In this document: positions 7,053 to 13,281 of the stretch, piece after piece
Numbering within the stretch: the stretch's first letter is position 1
How the letters are laid out: every line of letters begins with the position of its first letter
IMG/VR virus record: IMGVR_UViG_3300012933_000034
Location: 1-39,688 of that record
Direction: 5' to 3' (one strand)
Source: a virus
Length of the DNA stretch: 39,688 bases
Position numbers and translations under genes: made by a program
The notes under the pieces: generated by a model
What the model saw: only the letters and a program-made list of their open reading frames with translations
Told to the model about the DNA's origin: nothing
The model's database searches: none

Positions 7053-7355
7053 TCACAGCAAATCCTGCTGAAAAGGTTTGAATCGCCATTCACGTTCTGC
7101 CCTGCCACTTTTGGATTGAACCTGATTGCCTGTCAATTCAATCAAATCCAGCTTTTGAAGCTCGTTCATGCGTCTGGCAACCTGATTGCTTTCAAGTCCT
7201 GTGTGTTCTGCAATACCGTCTTTGCCAAGTGGCCCAAATCGTTGCAGGCAAGCCACAATGACTTCTTGGTGCATCTTGGCTACGTCTTTGATTGAATCAG
7301 CCGCTTGAAAGCTGGTGATTGCGTCTGTTGCTCTTGCTCGTATAAATTTAAACAT
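7053..7355 (-). CDS. Winged-helix (MarR-like) DNA-binding protein (100 aa)
   Basis: VIVACLQRFGPLGKDGIAEHTGLESNQVARRMNELQKLDLIELTG is a typical wHTH recognition segment. The start carries the conserved TAGGAACCAATATG context. Confidence 0.65.
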   Translation of the reverse strand: MFKFIRARATDAITSFQAADSIKDVAKMHQEVIVACLQRFGPLGKDGIAEHTGLESNQVARRMNELQKLDLIELTGNQVQSKSGRAEREWRFKPFQQDLL

Positions 7356-7374
7356 ATTGGTTCCTATCGTTTCA

Positions 7375-7857
7375 TCAATTTACATTTGAAAAACTACCAT
7401 GATGCTTTTTGCAAGCCTCACAATAGACCAAGTAGGCATCTTCTTTTCTTTCGTAAATGCCTAAATATTTTTGCTTGCCAGCTATCCTGATTGATGCTTG
7501 CCATTTAGCTGTTTTCCCATGAAAAGAAACACCTTTTAAGCCGCTTGTGTTATTTCTGTACTTTGGTCGATTTTGAAGATTTTGCGTGTGCGTTGCTGGT
7601 CGCAAATTTTCTATTTTATTGTTTGTCTTGTTGCAATCAATGTGGTCAATCTTTTCTGGGAAATAACCGTAATGCATAAAAAACACCAGTCTATGCACTT
7701 TGTATGATTTGCCATTTATCTCAACAACAATGTAGCCCCTTGGCTCTATTGATTGAATTACATCACCTTTTTTTGCATTGTGTGATGTGGTTTTTTTTCT
7801 AATCAGAAAACCGTCTTTGTATTCAAAGAGGCTATGCAATAGCTCTTGCGTGACCAT
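7375..7857 (-). CDS. HNH homing endonuclease with an AP2-type DNA-binding domain (160 aa)
   Basis: HRLVFFMHYGYFPEKIDHIDCNKTNNKIENLRPATHTQN (HNH_3 type), then SGLKGVSFHGKTAKWQASIRIAGKQKYLGIYERKEDA (AP2-like). Confidence 0.85.
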   Translation of the reverse strand: MVTQELLHSLFEYKDGFLIRKKTTSHNAKKGDVIQSIEPRGYIVVEINGKSYKVHRLVFFMHYGYFPEKIDHIDCNKTNNKIENLRPATHTQNLQNRPKYRNNTSGLKGVSFHGKTAKWQASIRIAGKQKYLGIYERKEDAYLVYCEACKKHHGSFSNVN

Positions 7858-7951
7858 GATGAATCTTTCATGTATGAATCTGTTAAAGGTTAGCAGGGGG
7901 GAGATTCAATCCCCCTTGTCCTCCGTCGAGTTAGCTAAATTTCATTGTATG

Positions 7952-8191
7952 TTAAAAATCAACATCATCAAATTCGTTTGACTTAGATTGTTGTTTTGGC
8001 ACATCGTCTTTAGGACTGAAAAGGTACGCCCACCCTGCCCATCCATTTTCAACCAATGGCACAGAATCCAACTTAAGCATCATTCCTTTCTTGGTTTCAA
8101 TGACGCTACCAATGCGCTGGTAACGCACTTTTTCTTGTCCGTCTTTTTGGTATGTGCCAGCGCGAACAGTCACTTCATAAATTATTGCCAT
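7952..8191 (-). CDS. Mini SSB-like protein (79 aa) with an acidic C-terminal tail
   Basis: The C-terminus (SNEFDDVDF) mimics the SSB/gp2.5 acidic tail ending in Phe. Located directly after the exonuclease in the Erf recombination module. The N-terminal beta-rich segment has YQKDGQEKVRYQRIG. Confidence 0.5.
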   Translation of the reverse strand: MAIIYEVTVRAGTYQKDGQEKVRYQRIGSVIETKKGMMLKLDSVPLVENGWAGWAYLFSPKDDVPKQQSKSNEFDDVDF

Positions 8192-8822
8192 TTTTTTCTT
8201 TCAGTTCATTTAGTTTCGTAATTTTGCCATCCAGTTCAACCAAGAACTTTTTGACTTCTTCTTCAAGCATTGCAATGTAAGCAGCATCACGAGGAACGCG
8301 CTTTACAAACAATTGAAGTTCTGTGGGCAACCTTGGGTCAAACGACACAAAGTCACACCATTGGCGACCAGTGCAAGCCATTTGCCAAGCCATTTGGGTC
8401 ATGTACTTGCCTGGCACAGTTTGGCTCAACAGGGTATCTATATGAGTTGCTGTGTTTGGACACTTGATCTCAAGCATTCCATCTTCACCAACCAATCCGT
8501 CAGGAGAAGCGCCAGCCTGCTCAATTTCAGGATGAGTAATCATGGCAACTTCATCAACCAAAACGTCAGCATGGGCTTCATACGCTGCCCTAGCCAACGG
8601 TTCGGTTTCAGTACCCCATTGCATAGCCGCATTGGTAAACGACTCTGCTACCGTGTTGGTCATGCGCTCACAAACCAACTGAGCCATGTAGTTGTCACGG
8701 CTGGTGCTGTAGCCCGTTTTTGTCTTGGCAATAACGTCAGCAACACGGCTAGCAGTTACTTTGCCAAGCCTCTGTGCAAACCAAGCATCACTGCCTTGCG
8801 TAATTTCAAGCGAATTTTCCAT
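8175..8822 (-). CDS. YqaJ-type (lambda Exo-like, PD-(D/E)XK) recombination exonuclease (215 aa)
   Basis: QGSDAWFAQRLGKVTAS and ASPDGLVGEDGMLEIKCP motifs. Start set at the ATG at 8822 (AAAGGA RBS). The tracked 8933 start runs through the upstream HNH gene. Confidence 0.85.
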   Translation of the reverse strand: MENSLEITQGSDAWFAQRLGKVTASRVADVIAKTKTGYSTSRDNYMAQLVCERMTNTVAESFTNAAMQWGTETEPLARAAYEAHADVLVDEVAMITHPEIEQAGASPDGLVGEDGMLEIKCPNTATHIDTLLSQTVPGKYMTQMAWQMACTGRQWCDFVSFDPRLPTELQLFVKRVPRDAAYIAMLEEEVKKFLVELDGKITKLNELKEKNGNNL

Positions 8823-9300
8823 AAAGTTCCTTTCGTTTTGTTTCATAAATCGCTTTTGCTTTATCTGGTGTATCAAACACCCCAAGATGCAATTGCTTAC
8901 CTTTGTAACTAATCCTTGCTTGGAATTTTCCATTTGCCATGTTTCTTACACCCATTGGCAAATTAATTTTTCTTTTTCTTTTTTTGTGATTCCATGCGTT
9001 TTCAATAACAGTTGCTTCTCTAAGATTTTCAATCCTGTCATCAAGAGAGTTTCCGTTGATGTGGTCAACGCATGGATTTGGAAATTCACCATAAACATAA
9101 AGAAACATCAATCGACTACGTTTGTATCGTTTGTTGTTGATTTTTATGTTCCAGTAAGTTTTTCCATTTTGATTGACGGCAGGGCATCCTGCTTCTTGTC
9201 CATTAAGACGTTTGTGATGTTTTGATACGTTCTTCCAGACAAATTTTCCTTCATCTGAATACACATCAAACAATTCAATGAGGTCATGTTTTGTAATCAT
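8806..9300 (-). CDS. HNH homing endonuclease with an AP2-type domain (164 aa), paralog of 7375..7857
   Basis: SRLMFLYVYGEFPNPCVDHINGNSLDDRIENLREAT plus MGVRNMANGKFQARISYKGKQLHLGVFDTPDKA. The tracked start at 9306 is GTG; the ATG at 9300 is preferred. Confidence 0.85.
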   Translation of the reverse strand: MITKHDLIELFDVYSDEGKFVWKNVSKHHKRLNGQEAGCPAVNQNGKTYWNIKINNKRYKRSRLMFLYVYGEFPNPCVDHINGNSLDDRIENLREATVIENAWNHKKRKRKINLPMGVRNMANGKFQARISYKGKQLHLGVFDTPDKAKAIYETKRKELYGKFA

Positions 9301-9331
9301 GCTCACATCGTATCACACAAGATACCCTTGT

Positions 9332-9577
9332 TCAATCATCTTTTTTCTCCCAATGGATGCAACCAAACTTTGCCATAACAACTACTGATGCTTTATAACT
9401 TTCATAGTCAGAACCGTAACAAACATCATTTCTTGGAGCAGTTATTTCACAATTGTTAATGTCTCCAAATAAATCGCAATCACCTTGATCTTTGTAATGC
9501 AAAGATATAACAGGATGATTTGGTGAAAATTGGAGTTCTTCAGGAGTCCAATGCTTGCATTTGTCACAGGTATTCAT
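9332..9577 (-). CDS. Hypothetical Cys-rich 81-aa protein
   Basis: Seven Cys including an N-terminal CDKC. ATGA-coupled to erf. Confidence 0.55.
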   Translation of the reverse strand: MNTCDKCKHWTPEELQFSPNHPVISLHYKDQGDCDLFGDINNCEITAPRNDVCYGSDYESYKASVVVMAKFGCIHWEKKDD

Positions 9578-10128
9578 TTCAAACTCGCTTTCTTTTCATC
9601 TTTGACCGCAATTACTTTCTTTTGCCAATTAGCGTCTGTGCCGCAGGCTTTGTAGGCGTTCTGATAAGCCACTTTAAGAGATGCTTCGTCAGTTGCGTCT
9701 TGAATTGCTAACAAATGGTCAGCCATTAAATTGGAATCAATAGGCGTAGGCGCAGGGCGTGAGGCTTTGTTGCCATCGTCATCTTCAGGCGCAATACCGC
9801 AAGCCGCCATCAAGCTGTAACGTCTGGCGTATGTCAACGCAGAAGCGTAGCCTTGTGGGTCTTTCTTGACCGCAGGAAAGTGAACAATGCCACATTCCAA
9901 CATTTCGCCAGATTCGTGAACAAAGACTGTTTCGCACATGATGCCATCGGCGCAGTCATAGTTCTTTTGCAACAGGAAAATGCCGTTGTTGTTAAGCGCA
10001 TCAATCACAGCTTCAACGCAAGCTGAAAGGTCAGCATACTTTGAGCGGAAGTGTGGGTTGGTGGAAGATTTGAGCGCAGGGCCAAAGGCTTTTTGTGCTT
10101 TGACCAAGGCGGAAGCGATGTTTTTCAT
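9574..10128 (-). CDS. erf: Erf-family single-strand annealing protein (184 aa)
   Basis: NPHFRSKYADLSACVEAV and ALTYARRYSLMAACGIAPEDDDG are hallmark Erf motifs. AAGGAAATCAA-ATG RBS. Confidence 0.85.
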   Translation of the reverse strand: MKNIASALVKAQKAFGPALKSSTNPHFRSKYADLSACVEAVIDALNNNGIFLLQKNYDCADGIMCETVFVHESGEMLECGIVHFPAVKKDPQGYASALTYARRYSLMAACGIAPEDDDGNKASRPAPTPIDSNLMADHLLAIQDATDEASLKVAYQNAYKACGTDANWQKKVIAVKDEKKASLK

Positions 10129-10137
10129 TTGATTTCC

Positions 10138-10440
10138 TTAAAAAGTGTAGCGTGGGCCACAAGTAACTTCAACAACTGTTTCAACTGAGTAACCAGCAAT
10201 CTTACGTTTGGCATAGATTGGAATGGCTCTTAGACCAGCAGTCTCACATTGCTTGATGGCATCAATAACTTCATTACGACCCATTGATTGAACCCGTGGG
10301 TCAACAATCAGTTCTTGATTAGGTTGCTCATAACGAGGCTCTTGACGATGTTCTTGTTTGAGTTCTTGATAAACAGGTTGTTTTGTTGATGAACAAGCAA
10401 CCAAAAACAAAGATAAGAAAAGAACGTATTTCATGTTCAT
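10138..10440 (-). CDS. Early lipoprotein (100 aa)
   Basis: MNMKYVLFLSLFLVAC has a signal peptide with lipobox LVAC. ATGA-coupled to the upstream gene. Confidence 0.75.
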   Translation of the reverse strand: MNMKYVLFLSLFLVACSSTKQPVYQELKQEHRQEPRYEQPNQELIVDPRVQSMGRNEVIDAIKQCETAGLRAIPIYAKRKIAGYSVETVVEVTCGPRYTF

Positions 10441-10631
10441 GCTCCAAAGACAAGCATTGCCACAACAAAGCCTGCGGAAAAAGCGTAAGCAATGTTGAGA
10501 TACTTTTCGTAGTCAGGGGTGTGGCTTTCCATCCAATCACCTTGCTGAAGGCGCTGAATGTCTTGTACGTTGCTAGGGAACGCCTCTTCAAGAGTGCGTG
10601 GAAATGTGCGGGTGGTTTCGTTGAGTTTCAT
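10437..10631 (-). CDS. Small tail-anchored membrane protein (64 aa)
   Basis: C-terminal TM AYAFSAGFVVAMLVFGA. The start carries the conserved TAGGAACCAATATG context. Confidence 0.6.
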   Translation of the reverse strand: MKLNETTRTFPRTLEEAFPSNVQDIQRLQQGDWMESHTPDYEKYLNIAYAFSAGFVVAMLVFGA

Positions 10632-10642
10632 ATTGGTTCCTA

Positions 10643-10852
10643 TTAAGCAGCTTTGAGTGTGTAAACATTGTCAATTTCAACAAGGCGATTTGTGCCAAAA
10701 ATTCCATGCTCACGTTTAACAGCCCACCAAGAAATGTTTGATGAGTTGATTGTTCGGAAACCTTTGCGGAAGCAAGGGTGAAAGAATTTACTGTTAACCC
10801 AATCAAAAGAAGCACCGTCTTCTAAAAGTTCAATCATTTTTGCTTTGTTCAT
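10643..10852 (-). CDS. Hypothetical 69-aa protein, first gene of the leftward operon
   Basis: The ATG at 10852 carries the conserved TAGGAACCAATATG context. The tracked 10927 start would run into the promoter region. Confidence 0.55.
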   Translation of the reverse strand: MNKAKMIELLEDGASFDWVNSKFFHPCFRKGFRTINSSNISWWAVKREHGIFGTNRLVEIDNVYTLKAA

Positions 10853-10897
10853 ATTGGTTCCTAAATTACCGCTTGCGTTGCGCTTCGGATTGATGTC

Positions 10898-10927
10898 AGT
10901 ATAACCTAAATTATGAGATAACAACAA
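10898..10927 (-). promoter_or_regulatory. Candidate leftward early promoter (-35 TTGTTG, 18-bp spacer, -10 TATACT)
   Basis: Read on the minus strand as TTGTTGttatctcataatttaggtTATACT, about 45 nt upstream of the 10852 start. Confidence 0.35.
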
Positions 10928-10932
10928 TTATT

Positions 10933-10967
10933 TTGTAAGGATAAACCATAATGTAGTTTATTTACAA
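10933..10967. promoter_or_regulatory. Imperfect palindrome, candidate operator between the divergent operons
   Basis: TTGTAAGGATAAAC-cataatgta-GTTTATTTACAA. The arms match at 12 positions with a 2-nt bulge. Confidence 0.4.
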
Positions 10968-10989
10968 CTTAATTAAAGTTATGTATGAT
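10961..10989 (+). promoter_or_regulatory. Candidate rightward early promoter (-35 TTTACA, 17-bp spacer, -10 TATGAT)
   Basis: The hexamers and spacing were read directly. The -10 ends 6 nt before the ATG at 10996, and no SD lies in between. Confidence 0.4.
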
Positions 10990-10995
10990 GTACGC

Positions 10996-11160
10996 ATGAA
11001 TAAACAAGACCTTATCAAACTTGCAGGCTCACAGCGTGAGCTTGCCAAACTGTTAGGAATCAGCCAACCCGCTATTTCAGCGTGGAAGGAAGTTCCTCAA
11101 GCTCGGCTTTGGCAACTCAAAGTCATTAAACCCGAATGGTTCAAAGGAGAACAATCATGA
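10996..11160 (+). CDS. Cro/YdaS-like helix-turn-helix regulator (54 aa)
   Basis: Found by hand (below the track cut-off). MNKQDLIKLAGSQRELAKLLGISQPAISAWKEVPQARLWQL is a typical Cro/YdaS HTH. ATGA-coupled to the next ORF. Confidence 0.7.
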   Translation: MNKQDLIKLAGSQRELAKLLGISQPAISAWKEVPQARLWQLKVIKPEWFKGEQS

Positions 11161-11288
11161 AAAAAGCAATCGTAGCAATCGCAATGTTGGCAGCTTACAC
11201 AGCGGCAATGGCATCTTGCCCAACTTACGCGCCTTATCGTTGCGTTGTGCTGATGAACGGCAAGCAAATGTGTGGATGCGGAATGTAA
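11157..11288 (+). CDS. 43-aa signal-peptide/lipobox-like Cys-rich peptide
   Basis: Found by hand: MKKAIVAIAMLAAYTAAMASCPTYAPYRCVVLMNGKQMCGCGM. Overlap-coupled at both ends (ATGA, TAATG). Confidence 0.45.
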   Translation: MKKAIVAIAMLAAYTAAMASCPTYAPYRCVVLMNGKQMCGCGM

Positions 11289-11593
11289 TGAGTTACGCAG
11301 ACCTAGAAATGAAGGTTGTGCAGTGGGGGGAGAAGCGCGGCATCGTGCAGAACTCCAACCCACTTGCTCAAGCTATCAAAACCCAAGAAGAACTAGATGA
11401 ACTAGTTGATGCGTTGCGTAATGACGACAAGGCGGCTATTGCAGACGCTTATGGCGACATTCTGGTGACTCTCATCATGGGTTGTGCCATTGCTGACCTT
11501 GACCTTGTGTCGTGCTTGGAAGGCGCTTACAACGAAATCAAAGACCGCAAAGGTTTTTTAAACAAAGACGGAATCTTTGTAAAAAACGTGTGA
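11288..11593 (+). CDS. MazG-like nucleotide pyrophosphohydrolase (101 aa)
   Basis: TQEELDELVDAL (ExxE) and DAYGDILVTLIM motifs of small phage MazG domains. The ATG at 11288 overlaps the upstream TAA. Confidence 0.8.
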   Translation: MSYADLEMKVVQWGEKRGIVQNSNPLAQAIKTQEELDELVDALRNDDKAAIADAYGDILVTLIMGCAIADLDLVSCLEGAYNEIKDRKGFLNKDGIFVKNV

Positions 11594-11631
11594 TATGATT
11601 TTGCAAAAGACGCTTGGCGGCGTTTCGTAGT

Positions 11632-11716
11632 GGGGTTACACATGGAATCTGCTGGTACTACGCCAGTCCGCCAACATCCGCAAGGGTGAGATTCCAGGTG
11701 TAGCCCCTTTTTTTTT
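11632..11716 (+). terminator. 76-nt long-stem hairpin followed by T9 (intrinsic terminator and/or structured RNA)
   Basis: GGGGTTACACATGGAATC (11632-11649) pairs with GATTCCAGGTGTAGCCCC (11690-11707) over 18 bp with 1 wobble and 1 mismatch. The 40-nt interior contains a sub-hairpin (GCTGG-tactac-GCCAGT). T9 lies at 11708-11716. Confidence 0.6.
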
Positions 11717-11725
11717 GGGTAAAAA

Positions 11726-12442
11726 ATGAAGATAAAAAATTGGTCTAAGTTTCAACACTTTAAAGACAGGAAACCACCTTGGGTTAAGTTATATCGTGAT
11801 GTTCTTGACGACATGGAATGGTACGAATTAGAACCACTTGCAAGCAAAGTGTTGGTCATGTGTTGGTTAATTGCTAGTGAAGATGAAGGTCGTTTGCCAA
11901 ACATTAAAACTCTTGCATTCCGCCTAAGAATGACAGAAAAGCAAACCTTTGACTGCATAAACAAGCTAGAACATTGGTTGGAACAAGATGATATCGTGTT
12001 GATATCAGACGAATATCAGACTGATAGTCTAGAGACAGAGACAGAGACAGAGACAGATAAAGAGACAAAGTGTATTAGTCCACCTAGCGGTGAACTTGAT
12101 GACAAGCGATTGCCAAATTGTCAGCATGATGCAGTGATTGCTTTGTATCACCAACACTTACCAACATTGCGTAGGGTTGAAGTCTGGAACGACACACGCA
12201 AAGGATTCCTACGTCAGAGATGGCGTGAGGTATCAGAAGAGTTATCCAAAACCAAAGACATTGAACAAGCTGATGTGCTTGATTGGTTTGCTGAGTTTTT
12301 TCAGCACGTTGGAACTTCTAGGTTTTTGACAGGCAGAGTGAACGACAAGTCAGGCAGATCATTTGCCGCAGACTTGGAATGGATTATCAGACCTAGCAAT
12401 TTCGCAAAAATCATTGAGGGCAAATATCATGGCACTAACTAA
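11726..12442 (+). CDS. Putative replication initiation/organiser protein (238 aa)
   Basis: The N-terminus (NWSKFQHFKDRKPPWVKLYRDVLDD) is a motif I associate with phage replication-module proteins. It has an internal repeat-encoded ETETETETD linker. It is the first large gene of the rightward operon. Confidence 0.45.
   Translation: MKIKNWSKFQHFKDRKPPWVKLYRDVLDDMEWYELEPLASKVLVMCWLIASEDEGRLPNIKTLAFRLRMTEKQTFDCINKLEHWLEQDDIVLISDEYQTDSLETETETETDKETKCISPPSGELDDKRLPNCQHDAVIALYHQHLPTLRRVEVWNDTRKGFLRQRWREVSEELSKTKDIEQADVLDWFAEFFQHVGTSRFLTGRVNDKSGRSFAADLEWIIRPSNFAKIIEGKYHGTN
12031..12066 (+). repeat. Tandem hexamer array (AGAGAC x4, AGATAA, AGAGAC) inside the replication gene
   Basis: Read directly. 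Preceded by GATATC-gtgtt-GATATCAGAC-GAATATCAGAC (11990-12021). Confidence 0.9.
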
Positions 12443-12659
12443 CTTCAGAAACAACGCACCTAGCCAACCATCAGACTTTGATGAGATGCAACGCCTTATG
12501 TGTTCTGTGCCAGGCTGTCAAAACCGTTGGTCGGTCAAGATTGACAAGCCAATGTGCAGTTTTCATCAATGGGGAACGACTGCCAAGCCAAAGAGCGACA
12601 TCCACAGCGTTTTGAAGACAAAGCCTGTCAAGCATTGGAACGACAAGGATGAGTTTTGA
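12429..12659 (+). CDS. Hypothetical 76-aa protein with a Cys/His cluster
   Basis: The ATG at 12429 overlaps the upstream gene by 14 nt. The cluster CSVPGCQNRW...CSFHQW may bind zinc. Confidence 0.55.
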   Translation: MALTNFRNNAPSQPSDFDEMQRLMCSVPGCQNRWSVKIDKPMCSFHQWGTTAKPKSDIHSVLKTKPVKHWNDKDEF

Positions 12660-12862
12660 TGAATTATTTTGAAGCGCATCAAATTCTTGACGGAATCAAG
12701 GATAATCTGTCTTATAATCTAGACACAATCAACAAAGCATTGGAGCTAACAGGTGACTTGGACATTGGACAACTTGAGAGAGAAGCAAGTCCAGCATCTC
12801 ACCGATATGGCTCTGAAGCGTGGTTGGATAGCCTATGCCAAGGCAAGGGCAGAGGAGCTTGA
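12659..12862 (+). CDS. Hypothetical 67-aa protein
   Basis: The ATG at 12659 overlaps the upstream TGA (the tracked 12656 start is TTG). The N-terminus (NYFEAHQILDGIKDN...INKALELTGD) resembles a recurrent small phage protein. Confidence 0.55.
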   Translation: MNYFEAHQILDGIKDNLSYNLDTINKALELTGDLDIGQLEREASPASHRYGSEAWLDSLCQGKGRGA

Positions 12863-12932
12863 AAACGATCAATCAGGATTGTTTAAAGGCATTGTTGAAG
12901 AAGTGAGAGAACGAGTAAACGAACGTAAATGA
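12807..12932 (+). CDS. Possible 41-aa helical ORF (MALKRGWIAYAKARAEELENDQSGLFKGIVEEVRERVNERK)
   Basis: Found by hand. Its stop is ATGA-coupled to the 12929 start, but it overlaps the 3' 56 nt of 12659..12862. Confidence 0.3.
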   Translation: MALKRGWIAYAKARAEELENDQSGLFKGIVEEVRERVNERK

Positions 12933-13132
12933 AAGGTTATGAAATGGAACTTGATACAAGAATTGAAACAACACGCAAGCGCCGTCACATTTATGTTGAC
13001 GCGCATGATGGCGGTGTTTGGATAAACGTGGTGGTTGAAGCTGCCCGTTGTCACGTTACGCTGACCAAAGAACAAGCCAAAGACATGATTGCCGCCCTGA
13101 TTCGCATTGTTGACGCTGAGGTGAAGCCATGA
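12929..13132 (+). CDS. Hypothetical 67-aa protein
   Basis: ORF in the operon frame with coupled stops and starts on both sides. Confidence 0.55.
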   Translation: MKGYEMELDTRIETTRKRRHIYVDAHDGGVWINVVVEAARCHVTLTKEQAKDMIAALIRIVDAEVKP

Positions 13133-13281
13133 ACGAATACGAAGATGACGATTATGAAGATTGCACATGGTGCAGTGGATCTGGTGAAGGGATGTGGGAT
13201 GGTTCAACTTGCAAGCACTGTCATGGTTCAGGCGTTGAGCCTGTTGAAAAAGAAGTGGATGACTGCTATGACATTGACTAA
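13129..13281 (+). CDS. 50-aa DnaJ-type zinc-finger mini-protein (two CxxCxGxG motifs)
   Basis: Found by hand: MNEYEDDDYEDCTWCSGSGEGMWDGSTCKHCHGSGVEPVEKEVDDCYDID. ATGA-coupled to the upstream gene. Confidence 0.55.
   Translation: MNEYEDDDYEDCTWCSGSGEGMWDGSTCKHCHGSGVEPVEKEVDDCYDID

Noticed and set aside
8313-9225. Plus-strand ORFs of 199 and 166 aa opposite the exonuclease and HNH genes
   Set aside because: They are antisense to genes with clear YqaJ and HNH-AP2 motifs. Their translations are Cys/Phe/Ser-rich with no motifs.
11097-11363. An 88-aa minus-strand ORF across the cro-like/peptide/mazG junction
   Set aside because: It is antisense to three coupled plus-strand genes. Its translation is Cys/His/Ser/Arg-rich. 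It is a shadow ORF.
11632-11707. The 76-nt element as a tRNA gene (the length matches, and the 7 terminal bases pair)
   Set aside because: The pairing continues as an 18-bp stem rather than a 7-bp acceptor. There is no D-arm, no T-loop (GTTCGAATC-type) and no anticodon arm geometry. It is followed directly by T9, like a terminator.
12031-12066. The AGAGAC tandem array as a CRISPR or minisatellite locus
   Set aside because: The units are 6 bp with no spacers and lie in-frame inside a gene. It is a coding microsatellite or iteron cluster, not CRISPR.
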